A stretch of 64,000 nt of DNA from Carcharhinus amblyrhynchos (Eukaryota): contig OZ336881.1 of NCBI GenBank assembly GCA_965287045.1, positions 36,890,001-36,954,000 of the forward strand, read 5' to 3'. This document shows, piece after piece, positions 63,401-64,000 of the stretch (position 1 is the stretch's first letter; each line of letters begins with the position of its first letter). The notes below the pieces were generated by a model, which saw only the letters and a list, made by a program, of their open reading frames with translations, was not told the DNA's origin and did not search any database. A program made the position numbers and the translations under genes.

Positions 63401-64000
63401 TCCAACATGGAACTGACAGTTCTTCTGAAGCTGTGGCTCTAAAATATTTATACTAAAGACTTCTTGAGAAAGCAGCTTTTTTCTTTTGCCCCAAAAGCCA
63501 TGATTCAGTATTCAGTACGATAGATATCAATATTGTGCCACAGCCTTTGGATGTGGGTAATTCTGCAGTTCTGAATTGAATTTGGGTTTTATTTTTGCCC
63601 ATCACTCATTTGTTACTTTCTTTTAAAGAAAGCATTAGTTAAGTATTAGACTCCATTATGAACTATAATTCATTCTGTTGTACAGCAGTGAGTTTAATGG
63701 TGCAGGGTGTACACAATGTTTCACGTGCAATATTTTTTCACATACTCCAATTAAACCCTTACGATCAATTTTAGCTAAATACACTGATCGTCCCAAAGAT
63801 TAACAGACTGACTTTTGATTTGACTACCTGTCGGAAGCATCAGCAAATTCTATCCTGATGTAGTTGCTGTAGATTGACTACTTACTTCATTGGTCTACTC
63901 TTATCTTTTTGCTGCATTGGCTTGTATTTCAAGGGAAGGTTTACTTAGATTGCAAACTAACACAATTGGGTGCTTTTATTCATACAAATAGGCAGTTCCA
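54419..64000 (+). other. BCL11A: BCL11A intron 2 (start), TE-free, with probable conserved elements
   Basis: No exon 3 is seen in the window. Unique motif-rich blocks lie at ~54.55-54.85, 57.2-58.9, 59.65-60.3 and 61.25-62.9 kb. Confidence 0.8.
59330..59525. other. Assembly gap (196 N)
   Basis: Run of N. Confidence 1.

Noticed and set aside
54419-64000. Erythroid +55/+58/+62 enhancer equivalents
   Set aside because: The window reaches only ~+15 kb from exon 1, and I saw no convincing half-E-box/GATA composite.

Overview
Vertebrate genomic DNA, almost certainly from a shark, judging by the HE1-type tRNA SINEs and the Penelope, CR1, L2, RTE, Rex1/Babar and Deu-domain SINE repeats. The window has two parts. 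Positions ~1-39.9 kb are a transposon graveyard. It includes three Penelope-like families, a young family with hammerhead-ribozyme motifs (one copy is an inverted pair nested in an older Penelope), a decayed Gypsy element, MITEs and an inverted duplication. It also holds a few unassigned + strand exon-like segments, the best at 11816-12073. Positions ~40-64 kb are almost free of transposons and contain the 5' end of BCL11A on the + strand. That part comprises the upstream regulatory region, a CpG-island promoter, a uORF-rich 5' UTR, coding exon 1 (48730-48784), intron 1 with a 31-32 nt C-rich minisatellite, coding exon 2 (54086-54418, C2HC zinc finger) and the first ~9.6 kb of intron 2, which has a 196-N gap. 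The most interesting leads are the uORF/start-stop architecture of the BCL11A leader, a candidate RBFOX-flanked truncating exon in intron 2, an orphan exon with a strong-Kozak 29-aa smORF and an alternative Cys-TGA frame, and the Penelope hammerhead arrangements. Repeat boundaries were set by eye and comparisons with human sequence are from memory; neither was computed.
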